From the NCBI RefSeq assembly GCF_034004485.1, contig NZ_JAVEWP010000001.1: a stretch of 64,000 nt of DNA; one strand, written 5' to 3'. The DNA comes from Phenylobacterium sp. (GTDB lineage Bacteria; Pseudomonadota; Alphaproteobacteria; Caulobacterales; Caulobacteraceae). A program made the translations under genes and the position numbers. The stretch's first letter is position 1, and the number at the start of each line of letters is the position of its first letter. Below, piece by piece: positions 9,174 through 17,061 of this stretch. The notes beneath the pieces are model-generated. The model searched no databases. It saw only the letters and a list, made by a program, of their open reading frames with translations, and was not told the DNA's origin.

Positions 9174-10016
9174 TCAGCTCCAGAGCGGCGAGGACGGCTT
9201 CATGGCGCGGATCATGAAGGTGACGCTGGCCACGTCCTTGCCGGTGGCCGCGTCGGCGATGTCGACGTCGTACCAGGCGTTCTCGGTCTTCGGGCTCTCG
9301 GTCAGCTTGCGCATGGTCGTGCGCCCGACGTAGTCGCGGTCGGCGAAGATCGGGCCGGCCAGATGACGGACCTCCAGCGCGCCGAACAGGCCGACGTAGG
9401 GGGTTTTCGACTTGGCCAGCACGAACGGTCGGCTCATGTGGGCCAGCCGCACGACGTGGGCGGGCGAGAGCACGCCGTCCCTGGCGTAGGCCGGCAGGTT
9501 CTCGGTGATCCGGCCCAGCGAGGCTTCGTAGCTTTCGCGGCTCACCTTCATCGGGATGTCGGAGGTGGTGTCGCCCACCTGGATGTCGGCATAGATGCGC
9601 AGCCGGCCGGGCTCGGCGGCGGCCTGATCGGCCAGCCGGCGAGCGACTTCGGAGCCCTCGTCGCGGGCCTTGGGCGAGGCGCTGCCGATGCAGATCTGCT
9701 GGCCCTGGCGATTGAACATCTGCAGCCGGGCGCGCGGCTCGCCCGGATCGACGATGGCCTGCACCTCCTCGCGGTCGACGGTCGCCTGGGTGAAGTGCAG
9801 CGAGATGTCGCCGGTCTCGAACCAGGCGTCGCCGTACAGCTGCACCAGCATCGGCACGAACTGGTCCATGTGCACCGAGCCGGGGACGGTGCCGCCCTTG
9901 AAGCCGAGCTTGGAGGCGACCTCGTCGTTGTGGATCGAGCCGGAGGCCTGCTGGAAGCCGTTGTGGGGCGCGCGGAACGGGCCGGTCAGCCGTTGCGGGG
10001 CGAGGGTGTCGGTCAT
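9174..10016 (-). CDS. hotdog-fold (MaoC-dehydratase-like) protein
   Basis: Size, composition and position between the amidohydrolase and the ligase. Weak motif-level recognition only. Confidence 0.5.
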   Translation of the reverse strand: MTDTLAPQRLTGPFRAPHNGFQQASGSIHNDEVASKLGFKGGTVPGSVHMDQFVPMLVQLYGDAWFETGDISLHFTQATVDREEVQAIVDPGEPRARLQMFNRQGQQICIGSASPKARDEGSEVARRLADQAAAEPGRLRIYADIQVGDTTSDIPMKVSRESYEASLGRITENLPAYARDGVLSPAHVVRLAHMSRPFVLAKSKTPYVGLFGALEVRHLAGPIFADRDYVGRTTMRKLTESPKTENAWYDVDIADAATGKDVASVTFMIRAMKPSSPLWS

Positions 10017-10040
10017 CTCGTTTCCTCCCGTGGCCTGCCG

Positions 10041-11147
10041 TCAGGTCAGACCCATCATCTCTTCGAAGTTGGCGCGGTAGAAGCAGTCCCGATCCGCCTC
10101 TCCGAGGCCCTCGAACGTCCGCTCGAAGCGGGCGATCGGGTCGTTAGTCCCCTCCGGATGCGGATAGTCGCTGGAGAACATGTAGAGCTCGGCGCCGCTG
10201 TCGCGGATCAGATAGCCGGCGTCCTCGCCCGGGAAGGGCGTGAACTTCACCTGCCGGCGGATGATCTCCGACGGCTTGGCCGACAGCTTCTGCAGGTAGG
10301 GGTCGGTGCGGCCGAACGAGCGCGCGCCCATGTCCATCTGACGCAGGAAGCCGGGCACCCAGTAGGCGCCGTACTCGATCACGCCCCCGCGCAGCTCGGG
10401 CTGGCGGTCGAAGAGGCCGTCATAGACCAGCGCGCCGAGGAACATCTCGGCCGAATGCGGCAGCACCACATAGTCCTTGAAGCGCAGGTTCTCGCCGCCG
10501 CCGTGCAGGTCGGGCGACTTGGGCTTGCCGTTGTTGACGTATTCCTGCGGCAGGGTGCGCGAGCCGGCGCCGATGTGCAGCACGAACGGGACCTTCTTCT
10601 CGGCCAGCAGGGCCCAGAAGGAGTCGAGGTCCGGATGGCCCGGCGACTTGTCGCCGGCCGGGGTCGACGGCACCCAAATGGCGCGACAGCCGAGGCGGAT
10701 CGCCTCCTGCGCCTCCTCCAGCGCGCGGCCCGGGTTGTCGAGCGGCACGTAGGCGACGCCCATGAGGCGCGGGTCGCGGCAGAAGGCGGCCATCGCCCGG
10801 TTGGCCGCGCGGGCCCCGGCATAGAGCACTTCCTCGTCCAGGCTGGTGCGGAACGGACGCAGGGCCGAGGTCGGGAAGATCAGCTGGCTGGCGAAGCCCA
10901 ACTCGTCGAGGGCCTGGACGCGCTCGGCAGGCTCGTAGGCGCCGTAGGCGAGCTTTCCCTTCGGGCCAGCGATCAGCCCTTCGATCACCTTCTCCTTGGG
11001 CGGCTCGACGGGCGGCCGGGTCGAGGGCGGATCGCGCCGGAGAAGCCGCTCCCTCCAAGGCTCGTTGGCGAACGGGACGAGCCAGTCGGCGGGCTCCATG
11101 ACGTGGCTGTCGGCGTCGTGAAAGATCCGCCCCTGGGCGTACGGCAT
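10041..11147 (-). CDS. metal-dependent amidohydrolase (amidohydrolase_2-like)
   Basis: Start moved to MPYAQGRIFHDADSHVMEP, which has an HxH-type metal motif near the N-terminus. 368 aa. Confidence 0.7.
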   Translation of the reverse strand: MPYAQGRIFHDADSHVMEPADWLVPFANEPWRERLLRRDPPSTRPPVEPPKEKVIEGLIAGPKGKLAYGAYEPAERVQALDELGFASQLIFPTSALRPFRTSLDEEVLYAGARAANRAMAAFCRDPRLMGVAYVPLDNPGRALEEAQEAIRLGCRAIWVPSTPAGDKSPGHPDLDSFWALLAEKKVPFVLHIGAGSRTLPQEYVNNGKPKSPDLHGGGENLRFKDYVVLPHSAEMFLGALVYDGLFDRQPELRGGVIEYGAYWVPGFLRQMDMGARSFGRTDPYLQKLSAKPSEIIRRQVKFTPFPGEDAGYLIRDSGAELYMFSSDYPHPEGTNDPIARFERTFEGLGEADRDCFYRANFEEMMGLT

Positions 11148-11362
11148 CCCGGCGCCTCTCCCTGTCTCTTGGTCTCGTTGGGGGAAGCATTGCACCGCCT
11201 TTCCGGAGCGACAACCGGATTCCGCGACTTGTCGCCGTCTTTTGATGACCGTCGCACTATAACCAATGTGATGTGCGCCGCGCCCTGCGGCGACCCGTGC
11301 TTGACAGGCCGACGCGGGCGAACGACCGAGGCTATGCCGCGATCCTGCGGCGGGGACGGCGG

Positions 11363-12010
11363 ATGGCGAAGGCTGGAGCCCTGGGGGAGGTAAAGCGTCG
11401 CCGCCTGCGGCGGGGACGGCGGCTGGCGCCGGAGGCGAGGCGCGGACTGCTGCTCGACGTGGCGGCCGCGCGGCTGCTGGAGCAGGGCGTGCTGCCGCTG
11501 CCGGTCCAGGAGCTGGCCGACGCGGCCAAGGTCAGCAAGGCGCTGGTCTACCGTTACTTCCCCGAGCCGCCGGACCTCTACAACGCACTTCTGGCGCGCG
11601 ACCTCGGCCGCCTCGCCAAGGACGGGATCTCGGCGGCGCTGGAGCGCGATCCGCTCGAGGCGGCGGTCGCCGATGCGGCCGAGGCCTACTATCGACACGT
11701 GGCGGCGCACGGGCCGCTGGCGCAGCTGATCCTGCGCGACCGCTTCATGCGCGGGCGGGTCTCGGGTTCGGCGGCGCGTCTTCGCGACCGGCTGGTGGGG
11801 AAGCTCGCCCGGCGCCTGCGCCACGAGCTCGGCCTCTCCATCCGCGAAGCGGTAGCGACGATCGGCGTTGGCCTGACCATGCCCGAGGAGTGCGGACGGC
11901 TGGCTTTTCAGGGCGAGCTCGATGTCGAGCGCGGCGCGCTCGTCTGCCGGGAGCTGTCGCTAGGCGTCCTGGACGTCGCCCGCCGCAGAGCCGCGGAAGC
12001 TCGCCGCTAG
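11363..12010 (+). CDS. TetR-family transcriptional regulator
   Basis: TetR HTH LPVQELADAAKVSKALVYRYFP. Start choice (ATG 11363 versus GTG 11273) is uncertain. Confidence 0.7.
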   Translation: MAKAGALGEVKRRRLRRGRRLAPEARRGLLLDVAAARLLEQGVLPLPVQELADAAKVSKALVYRYFPEPPDLYNALLARDLGRLAKDGISAALERDPLEAAVADAAEAYYRHVAAHGPLAQLILRDRFMRGRVSGSAARLRDRLVGKLARRLRHELGLSIREAVATIGVGLTMPEECGRLAFQGELDVERGALVCRELSLGVLDVARRRAAEARR

Positions 12011-12859
12011 CCGGCGGTTGCCCGCCTCGACGATCTCGCCGGCGAGATCCTGCGCGGTGGCAAGGTCGAGTCGCCCCCGGGCCAGGATGCGGCCGGTGCG
12101 CAGCACGGCGCTGGTCAGCACGTTGGTCGCCGCGCGCGAGACGTCCTGCGGCACCCCGTGGCTGTAGGTGAAGCGGCGGGCCACCACCTCGGTGTTGCCG
12201 GCCCGCAGCGCCCGCTGCTCCTTGCGCAGGCCCCGGCGGACGGCCGGGGCGGTCTGCAGCGTCTGCAAGAGCACGCCGCGCTCGGCGACCTGGGCGAGGT
12301 AGGTGACCGTCGAGAGCCGCAGGCGTTCGGCCGGGCGCTCGGCGGTGTCGATCCGCTTCTGCTGGGCGGCGCGTACGGCGGCCAGCTCGCGGCGCGCCAA
12401 GGCCACCAGCAGGTCGTCGACGGTCGGGAAGAAGTGGTAGGCGCGCGGGGGGGTCAGGCCGGCCTCGCGGGCGAGCCGCTTCATGCTCAGCGCCGACAGG
12501 CCCTCGGCGACCACGATCCGCGCCGCGATGTCGAGCAGCTGCTCGTGGCGGGCCTCGGGCGAGAGGCGCACGCCCGGGCGGCGGGTGAGCGGCTGGCCAG
12601 GGGCGATGCGCACCGTCTCGCCGACGCCCTCCGGCGGGGCCGCCAGCGGCGGCGGCTCCGGCGCGCGGCCGGCCCTGGCCTTCGCCCAGTGGCCGCGGGT
12701 CGGGTAGGGGATGCCGGTCCGGTCGCAGATCTTGGCCAGGCCGTTGGCGCTGATCCCCAGCTCGGCGGCGACTTTGCTCAGCGGCTCGCGCCAGACCCGC
12801 GCGTAGAGCTCGGCGCGCGACAGCTCGCTCGGCGCAGGTCGGGTCGCGGGCTCTCCCAT
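11960..12859 (-). CDS. TetR-like regulator with an extra ~95-aa N-terminal HTH-like module
   Basis: Start at MGEPATR (ATG at 12859). N-terminal module ELYARVWREPLSKVAAELGISANGLAKICDRTGIPYPTRGHWAK, then a TetR HTH (LSMKRLAREAGLTPPRAYHFFP). Confidence 0.7.
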   Translation of the reverse strand: MGEPATRPAPSELSRAELYARVWREPLSKVAAELGISANGLAKICDRTGIPYPTRGHWAKARAGRAPEPPPLAAPPEGVGETVRIAPGQPLTRRPGVRLSPEARHEQLLDIAARIVVAEGLSALSMKRLAREAGLTPPRAYHFFPTVDDLLVALARRELAAVRAAQQKRIDTAERPAERLRLSTVTYLAQVAERGVLLQTLQTAPAVRRGLRKEQRALRAGNTEVVARRFTYSHGVPQDVSRAATNVLTSAVLRTGRILARGRLDLATAQDLAGEIVEAGNRRLAASFRGSAAGDVQDA

Positions 12860-12977
12860 GCGCCGGACGATAGCAGGCTGGCCGCGCCCCTCAACGCCGC
12901 TTTGGGGCAGAGCGTTTGCTGACCAACGCACTATTCCGTATAAGCCGAAGCGCCGCCGCATCGCGAGGAAGCCGCCC

Positions 12978-14162
12978 ATGCCTGCCCAGACCGCCGAGCT
13001 CGAAGATTTCCGCGCCGAGGTGCGGGCCTGGCTGGACGAGGCTTTCCCGAAGTCGCTGGCCGGGCGGGCGCCACAGGCGGGCGAGCCGGACCCCAAGGGC
13101 GACGAGGTCGAGGCCTGGAAGGCGGCGCTGTGCGGCCGTGGCTGGGGCACGCCGACGTGGCCGAAGGAATACGGCGGCGGCGGGCTGAGTCCGCAGCAGG
13201 CGCGCGCGCTGCGCGAGGAGATCCGCAAGGCGGGCGGATGGAATCCGATCGGCTGGACGATGGGCGTGCGGATGCTGGGTCCGACGCTGCTGGAGTTCGG
13301 CACGGAAGAGCAGAAGAAGCGGCACATCCCGCCGATCTGCCGCGGCGAGACCCGCTGGTGCCAGGGCTACTCCGAGCCGGGTGCGGGTTCTGACCTCGCC
13401 AGCCTGCAGACGCGCGCCGAGGACAAGGGCGACCACTTCCTGGTCAACGGGCAGAAGATCTGGACCAGCGGAGCGCAATACGCCGACTGGTGCTTCGCCC
13501 TGGTGCGCACCGACACGACGAAGAAGCACGAGGGCATCAGCTTCCTGCTGATCGACATGCGCTCGCCGGGTGTCGAGGTGCGGCCCATTCTGCTGATCGC
13601 CGGACGTTCGCCGTTCTGCGAAACCTTCTTCACCGACGTGAAGGTGCCCAAGGAGAACCTGGTCGGCCCGCTGAACGGCGGTTGGACCGTAGGCAAGCGC
13701 CTCCTGCAGTACGAGCGCCAGCGCAACGAAGACGCTCCGCGCCGCGCGACGGAGCAACGGCCCATCGAGCAGGTGGTGGCCGAATACGTCGGGCGCGATC
13801 CGGCCGGCCGTCTCGCCGACGGCGACCTTCGCACCCGGCTGACCCGTCACATGATGGAGCGGCAAGCCTTCACCCTGACCATGCAGCGGACTACCGCCGA
13901 GGCGGCCGGCGGCGGGCCGACCGCGGCGACCTCGATCCTGAAGAACGTCTCCTCGCTGCTGGTCCAGGAGCGGGCCGAGCTGCTGGTCGAGGCGATGGGC
14001 CATCAGGGCCTGGGTTGGGAGGGCGAGGCCTTCCGCCCCGAGGAGTTGGCGCTGGTCCGCGAATGGCTCTCCGGCAAGGCCAACACCATCTTCGCGGGCT
14101 CCTACGAGATCCAGAACAACATCATCTCCAAGCGGATCCTGGGCCTGCCCGATCCGCTCTAG
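12978..14162 (+). CDS. acyl-CoA dehydrogenase
   Basis: Start at MPAQTAELEDFRAEVRAWL. ACAD motifs WCQGYSEPGAGSDLASL and GQKIWTSGAQYADW. Confidence 0.85.
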   Translation: MPAQTAELEDFRAEVRAWLDEAFPKSLAGRAPQAGEPDPKGDEVEAWKAALCGRGWGTPTWPKEYGGGGLSPQQARALREEIRKAGGWNPIGWTMGVRMLGPTLLEFGTEEQKKRHIPPICRGETRWCQGYSEPGAGSDLASLQTRAEDKGDHFLVNGQKIWTSGAQYADWCFALVRTDTTKKHEGISFLLIDMRSPGVEVRPILLIAGRSPFCETFFTDVKVPKENLVGPLNGGWTVGKRLLQYERQRNEDAPRRATEQRPIEQVVAEYVGRDPAGRLADGDLRTRLTRHMMERQAFTLTMQRTTAEAAGGGPTAATSILKNVSSLLVQERAELLVEAMGHQGLGWEGEAFRPEELALVREWLSGKANTIFAGSYEIQNNIISKRILGLPDPL

Positions 14163-14245
14163 CGGGCCGCGCCCGGCAGTTTGTCGGGGCGCAACGACCC
14201 GCGGGCCGTTCGGGCGCCTGATCGGCGTCCGAAAGGAGCCGGCCC

Positions 14246-14740
14246 ATGTCCGTCGCACCCGCGGCCCCGCCGTCCGCCCTGCCGGGCGATCCCGAGGCGC
14301 TGATCGCCCACATCCTGGCGCGTTACCACGAGGTCCACCGGGCCGAGTTTCCGCAAGCCATTTCGCTCGCCAGGCGGGTGGAGGAGGTCCACCGGGAGGC
14401 GCCCGACTGTCCTCACGGCCTGGCCGATCACCTGGAGGCCATGTTCGAGGAGCTGGAGAGCCACCAGCAGAAGGAGGAGCGGATGCTCTTTCCGATGATG
14501 CGGATGGGCGGGCGCAAGATGGTCGGGCTGCCGATCCCGCGGATGATGTCCGAGCACGAGGAGCAGCTCGTCCAGCTCGAGCGGCTGGCCGAGCTGACGA
14601 AGGGCTTCACGGAGCCACCCGGCGCCTGCGGGACCTGGCGGGCGCTCTACGAAGCCTGCCGCAAGCTCGATGCGGACCTGCGCGAGCACATGCGGGTCGA
14701 GAACGAGGTGCTGTTCCCGATGTTCGCGCCGCCCGCCTGA
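14246..14740 (+). CDS. hemerythrin-domain protein (DnrN/ScdA/YtfE RIC-like)
   Basis: His/Glu cation-binding pattern (HEVHRAEF, EERMLFP, SEHEE, EHMRVENEVLFP). Lies next to nsrR and nar. Confidence 0.7.
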   Translation: MSVAPAAPPSALPGDPEALIAHILARYHEVHRAEFPQAISLARRVEEVHREAPDCPHGLADHLEAMFEELESHQQKEERMLFPMMRMGGRKMVGLPIPRMMSEHEEQLVQLERLAELTKGFTEPPGACGTWRALYEACRKLDADLREHMRVENEVLFPMFAPPA

Positions 14741-14786
14741 TCCCGGCGTCTTCCGCTCACCTGTCACGCCTCAGAGGTGGATCGTC

Positions 14787-15038
14787 ATGGCTGTGGAGTT
14801 TTCCGACGTTCTGTCCGAACCAGCGATCGAGGCCGCTGCGCGGCTGGCGGCGGATGCGGCCAGGCGCCGGCCCGCGGAGCGCCTGGAGGCGCATGTGGAG
14901 GTGGCCGTGCGCCGCTCCTTCTGCCCCTGCGTCCACGCCATCGAGGATGGCATCGAGGGCGGGCTGTCCGGCGTGCACGCGGCGCTGCTGGAGGAGGTCG
15001 GCCGGCGCGCGCGAAGGCTGGCCGGCCGTCTGGCCTAG
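14787..15038 (+). CDS. hypothetical 83-aa protein
   Basis: ATG preceded by GAGGTGG. Contains CPC. No family recognised. Its stop overlaps the convergent fdxA stop by 4 nt. Confidence 0.35.
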   Translation: MAVEFSDVLSEPAIEAAARLAADAARRRPAERLEAHVEVAVRRSFCPCVHAIEDGIEGGLSGVHAALLEEVGRRARRLAGRLA

Positions 15039-15370
15039 TCCTGGTGCGGCTTGGGGCTCAGGTGAGGGCGCTTGTTCTCGACCCCGTCCCACGCTTCGGC
15101 GTCGGCGGGGGGCGTCCCCTTGCGGGTGATGTTCGGCCAGATCTGTGCGTACTCGGCGTTGAGCGCCAGCCACTCGCCCGTGGCCTTGCGGTCGGTGTCG
15201 GGGACGATGGCGTCAGCGGGGCACTCCGGCTCGCAGACGCCGCAGTCGATGCACTCGTCGGGATGGATCACCAGGAAGTTCTCGCCCGCGTAGAAGCAGT
15301 CCACCGGGCAGACCTCGACGCAGTCCATGTATTTGCATTTGATGCAGTTTTCGGTGACGACGTAGGTCAT
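15035..15370 (-). CDS. fdxA: 7Fe ferredoxin (3Fe-4S + 4Fe-4S)
   Basis: [51 protein letters not shown] is the canonical FdxA cysteine pattern. Confidence 0.9.
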   Translation of the reverse strand: MTYVVTENCIKCKYMDCVEVCPVDCFYAGENFLVIHPDECIDCGVCEPECPADAIVPDTDRKATGEWLALNAEYAQIWPNITRKGTPPADAEAWDGVENKRPHLSPKPHQD

Positions 15371-15499
15371 GCGAGGGCTCCGGCGACCGCGGCGGCGACG
15401 TCCCTCTGCGGGCGGCGCGGCGCGGCTTCATCAAAGAGGCATCTAGCGTACATGTTTAGGCGGCGCTAGAGTTGCGCCGCCGCAAATCCGAGGCCCGTC

Positions 15500-16135
15500 G
15501 TGCTGGTTTTCACGGAAGCCACCCCCAACCCGAACGCCCTGAAGCTGCTGCCCCAGACCCGCCTGACCGACGGCGCGCGGCGGCGCCTCGTGCGTGGCCA
15601 GGCGCAGGGCTCGCCACTCGCCGAGCGGCTGTTCGAGGTGGAAGGGATCGAGGAGGTCTTCGTCGCCGAGGACTTCGTGACGGTCACCCGCGCCGAGGCG
15701 GCCGAGGCCTGGGCGACCCTGAAGGTGCGCGTCATCGCCGCTCTGGCCGACTTCCTGGACGAAGCTGCGCCGGCCCTGTCGGAGACGGGCGAGGCGACGG
15801 CGTCGGCGTCGGGGATCGAGGGTCGCATCCAGGCGGTGCTGGAGACCAGGGTGCGCCCCTACGTCGCCGGACACGGCGGCGATATCCGCATCGCCCGCTT
15901 CGAGCCGAGGACCGGCACGCTGCTGGTGGTGCTGAGCGGCGCCTGCGGGGGCTGTCCCTCGGCGCGGCTGACCCTGAAGGCGGGGGTCGAGAAGCTGGTC
16001 ATGGAAGCGGTTCCGGAGGTCCGGCGGGTGGAAGAGGCCGGTAAGGAGGCCGAGATCGAGACCGCAAAGCGCCGCCCCGGCATCAAGCCGCTCTTCACCT
16101 ATCGCGGCCGCAAGCTGGCCTCCGAGCGGAGCTGA
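15500..16135 (+). CDS. NifU/Nfu-type Fe-S cluster scaffold/carrier protein
   Basis: GTG start. Nfu_N-like FTEATPNPNALK and a C-terminal NifU CxxC (GACGGCPSA). Confidence 0.8.
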   Translation: MLVFTEATPNPNALKLLPQTRLTDGARRRLVRGQAQGSPLAERLFEVEGIEEVFVAEDFVTVTRAEAAEAWATLKVRVIAALADFLDEAAPALSETGEATASASGIEGRIQAVLETRVRPYVAGHGGDIRIARFEPRTGTLLVVLSGACGGCPSARLTLKAGVEKLVMEAVPEVRRVEEAGKEAEIETAKRRPGIKPLFTYRGRKLASERS

Positions 16136-16597
16136 TCAGCCGCCTGCGGCGAATTCGGCCTGGCGCGCGCGGCCGAGCAGGGCGATCAGCGGACCGGGGT
16201 CCGCGACCAGGTCGGCCAGGGTGTAACCGTCCAGCACGTCCAGGAAGGCCGCCCGCGCTTCGTCCATCGCCGCCCGCAGCCGGCAGGCAGGGGTGATGAC
16301 GCAGAGCTGGCGCGCCGGCGAGAAGCAGGGGACCAGCGCCAGGTCGGGCTCGGTTCTGCGCACCACCTCGCCGAGCCGGATGTCGCCGGGCGGCCGCCCG
16401 AGGCGCAGGCCGCCCTTCTTGCCCCGCGCCGTAGCCACCAGGCCGTCGCGGCCGAGGTCGAAGACCACCTTCATCAGGTGGTTCCTGGAGATGGCGTAGG
16501 CCTGGGCGATCTCGGCGATTGTCGGCCTCGGCTCGGGGTGCAGGGCCAGGTAGATCAGCACCCGCAGCGAGAAGTCGGTGTAGGCGGTGAGCCTCAT
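16136..16597 (-). CDS. nsrR: Rrf2-family NO-responsive repressor (NsrR-like)
   Basis: Start at MRLTAYTDFSLRVLIYLA (ATG 16597). Three Cys (CFSPARQLCVITPAC) as in NsrR. Located between NO/Fe-S genes and the nar operon. Confidence 0.8.
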   Translation of the reverse strand: MRLTAYTDFSLRVLIYLALHPEPRPTIAEIAQAYAISRNHLMKVVFDLGRDGLVATARGKKGGLRLGRPPGDIRLGEVVRRTEPDLALVPCFSPARQLCVITPACRLRAAMDEARAAFLDVLDGYTLADLVADPGPLIALLGRARQAEFAAGG

Positions 16598-16631
16598 GCG
16601 ATGCCTCCCGTCGGGCGTGGACCGCCCGACG

Positions 16632-16654
16632 AAGCTGCATCGTATATATTTCTT
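16632..16654. promoter_or_regulatory. candidate NsrR operator
   Basis: AAGCTGCATCGTATATATTTCTT matches 16 of 22 defined positions of the enterobacterial NsrR consensus AAGATGYATTT-n-AAATRCATCTT (consensus recalled from memory). It is the most AT-rich spot in the nsrR-nar intergenic region, 35 nt upstream of the nsrR start. Confidence 0.35.
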
Positions 16655-16744
16655 TTGCGCGACGCCTCCCCCCGCCGTTCCGATCTCTGACGGAGAGAGG
16701 AGCGAGGGGCTGCCGCCACGAGCGGAGGGCCAAACCCGGCCGTG

Positions 16745-16758
16745 CTGATCCGGATCAA
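16745..16758. promoter_or_regulatory. candidate FNR/FixK/Dnr-type box
   Basis: CTGATCCGGATCAA matches the consensus TTGAT-N4-ATCAA at 9 of 10 defined positions. It lies in the divergent nsrR/narK control region. Confidence 0.5.
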
Positions 16759-16805
16759 GGCGCGCGCGGGCGATCAGGTCAGGATGCCGGCTCGGAGATC
16801 GCCCG

Positions 16806-17006
16806 ATGCTCACCCTCTACAGTCTCTTCCTGTCGGGCCGCGGCGGCGAGAGGCGCTTTATTCCGGTCCACTGCGGCAGCCACGTGGAGCTGCTGCGCAG
16901 GGCCAAGGCTGCGCTGGAGGCGGACGAGCAGGCCCGGCTCGTCGAGGCGAGGTTCGGCGAGGAGCTGCTGTTCATCCTGGAGAAGACGACCGAGACGCCT
17001 GCCTGA
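16806..17006 (+). CDS. small hypothetical ORF (66 aa) upstream of narK
   Basis: ATG with GGAG 8 nt upstream. Composition is not shadow-like. No family recognised. Confidence 0.3.
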   Translation: MLTLYSLFLSGRGGERRFIPVHCGSHVELLRRAKAALEADEQARLVEARFGEELLFILEKTTETPA

Positions 17007-17061
17007 ATTAGGCCACGCCGTCAAAAACCCCTGTTGCCGGAACGGCCGCGGGCTGGCTCTA

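Noticed and set aside
11327-11339. A third copy of the 13-mer promoter element (CGAGGCTATGCCG, 11/13 match) near the TetR/amidohydrolase region.
   Set aside because: It has two mismatches, lacks the partner GACGTCA element 25 nt away, and lies 180 nt from the nearest co-oriented start codon.
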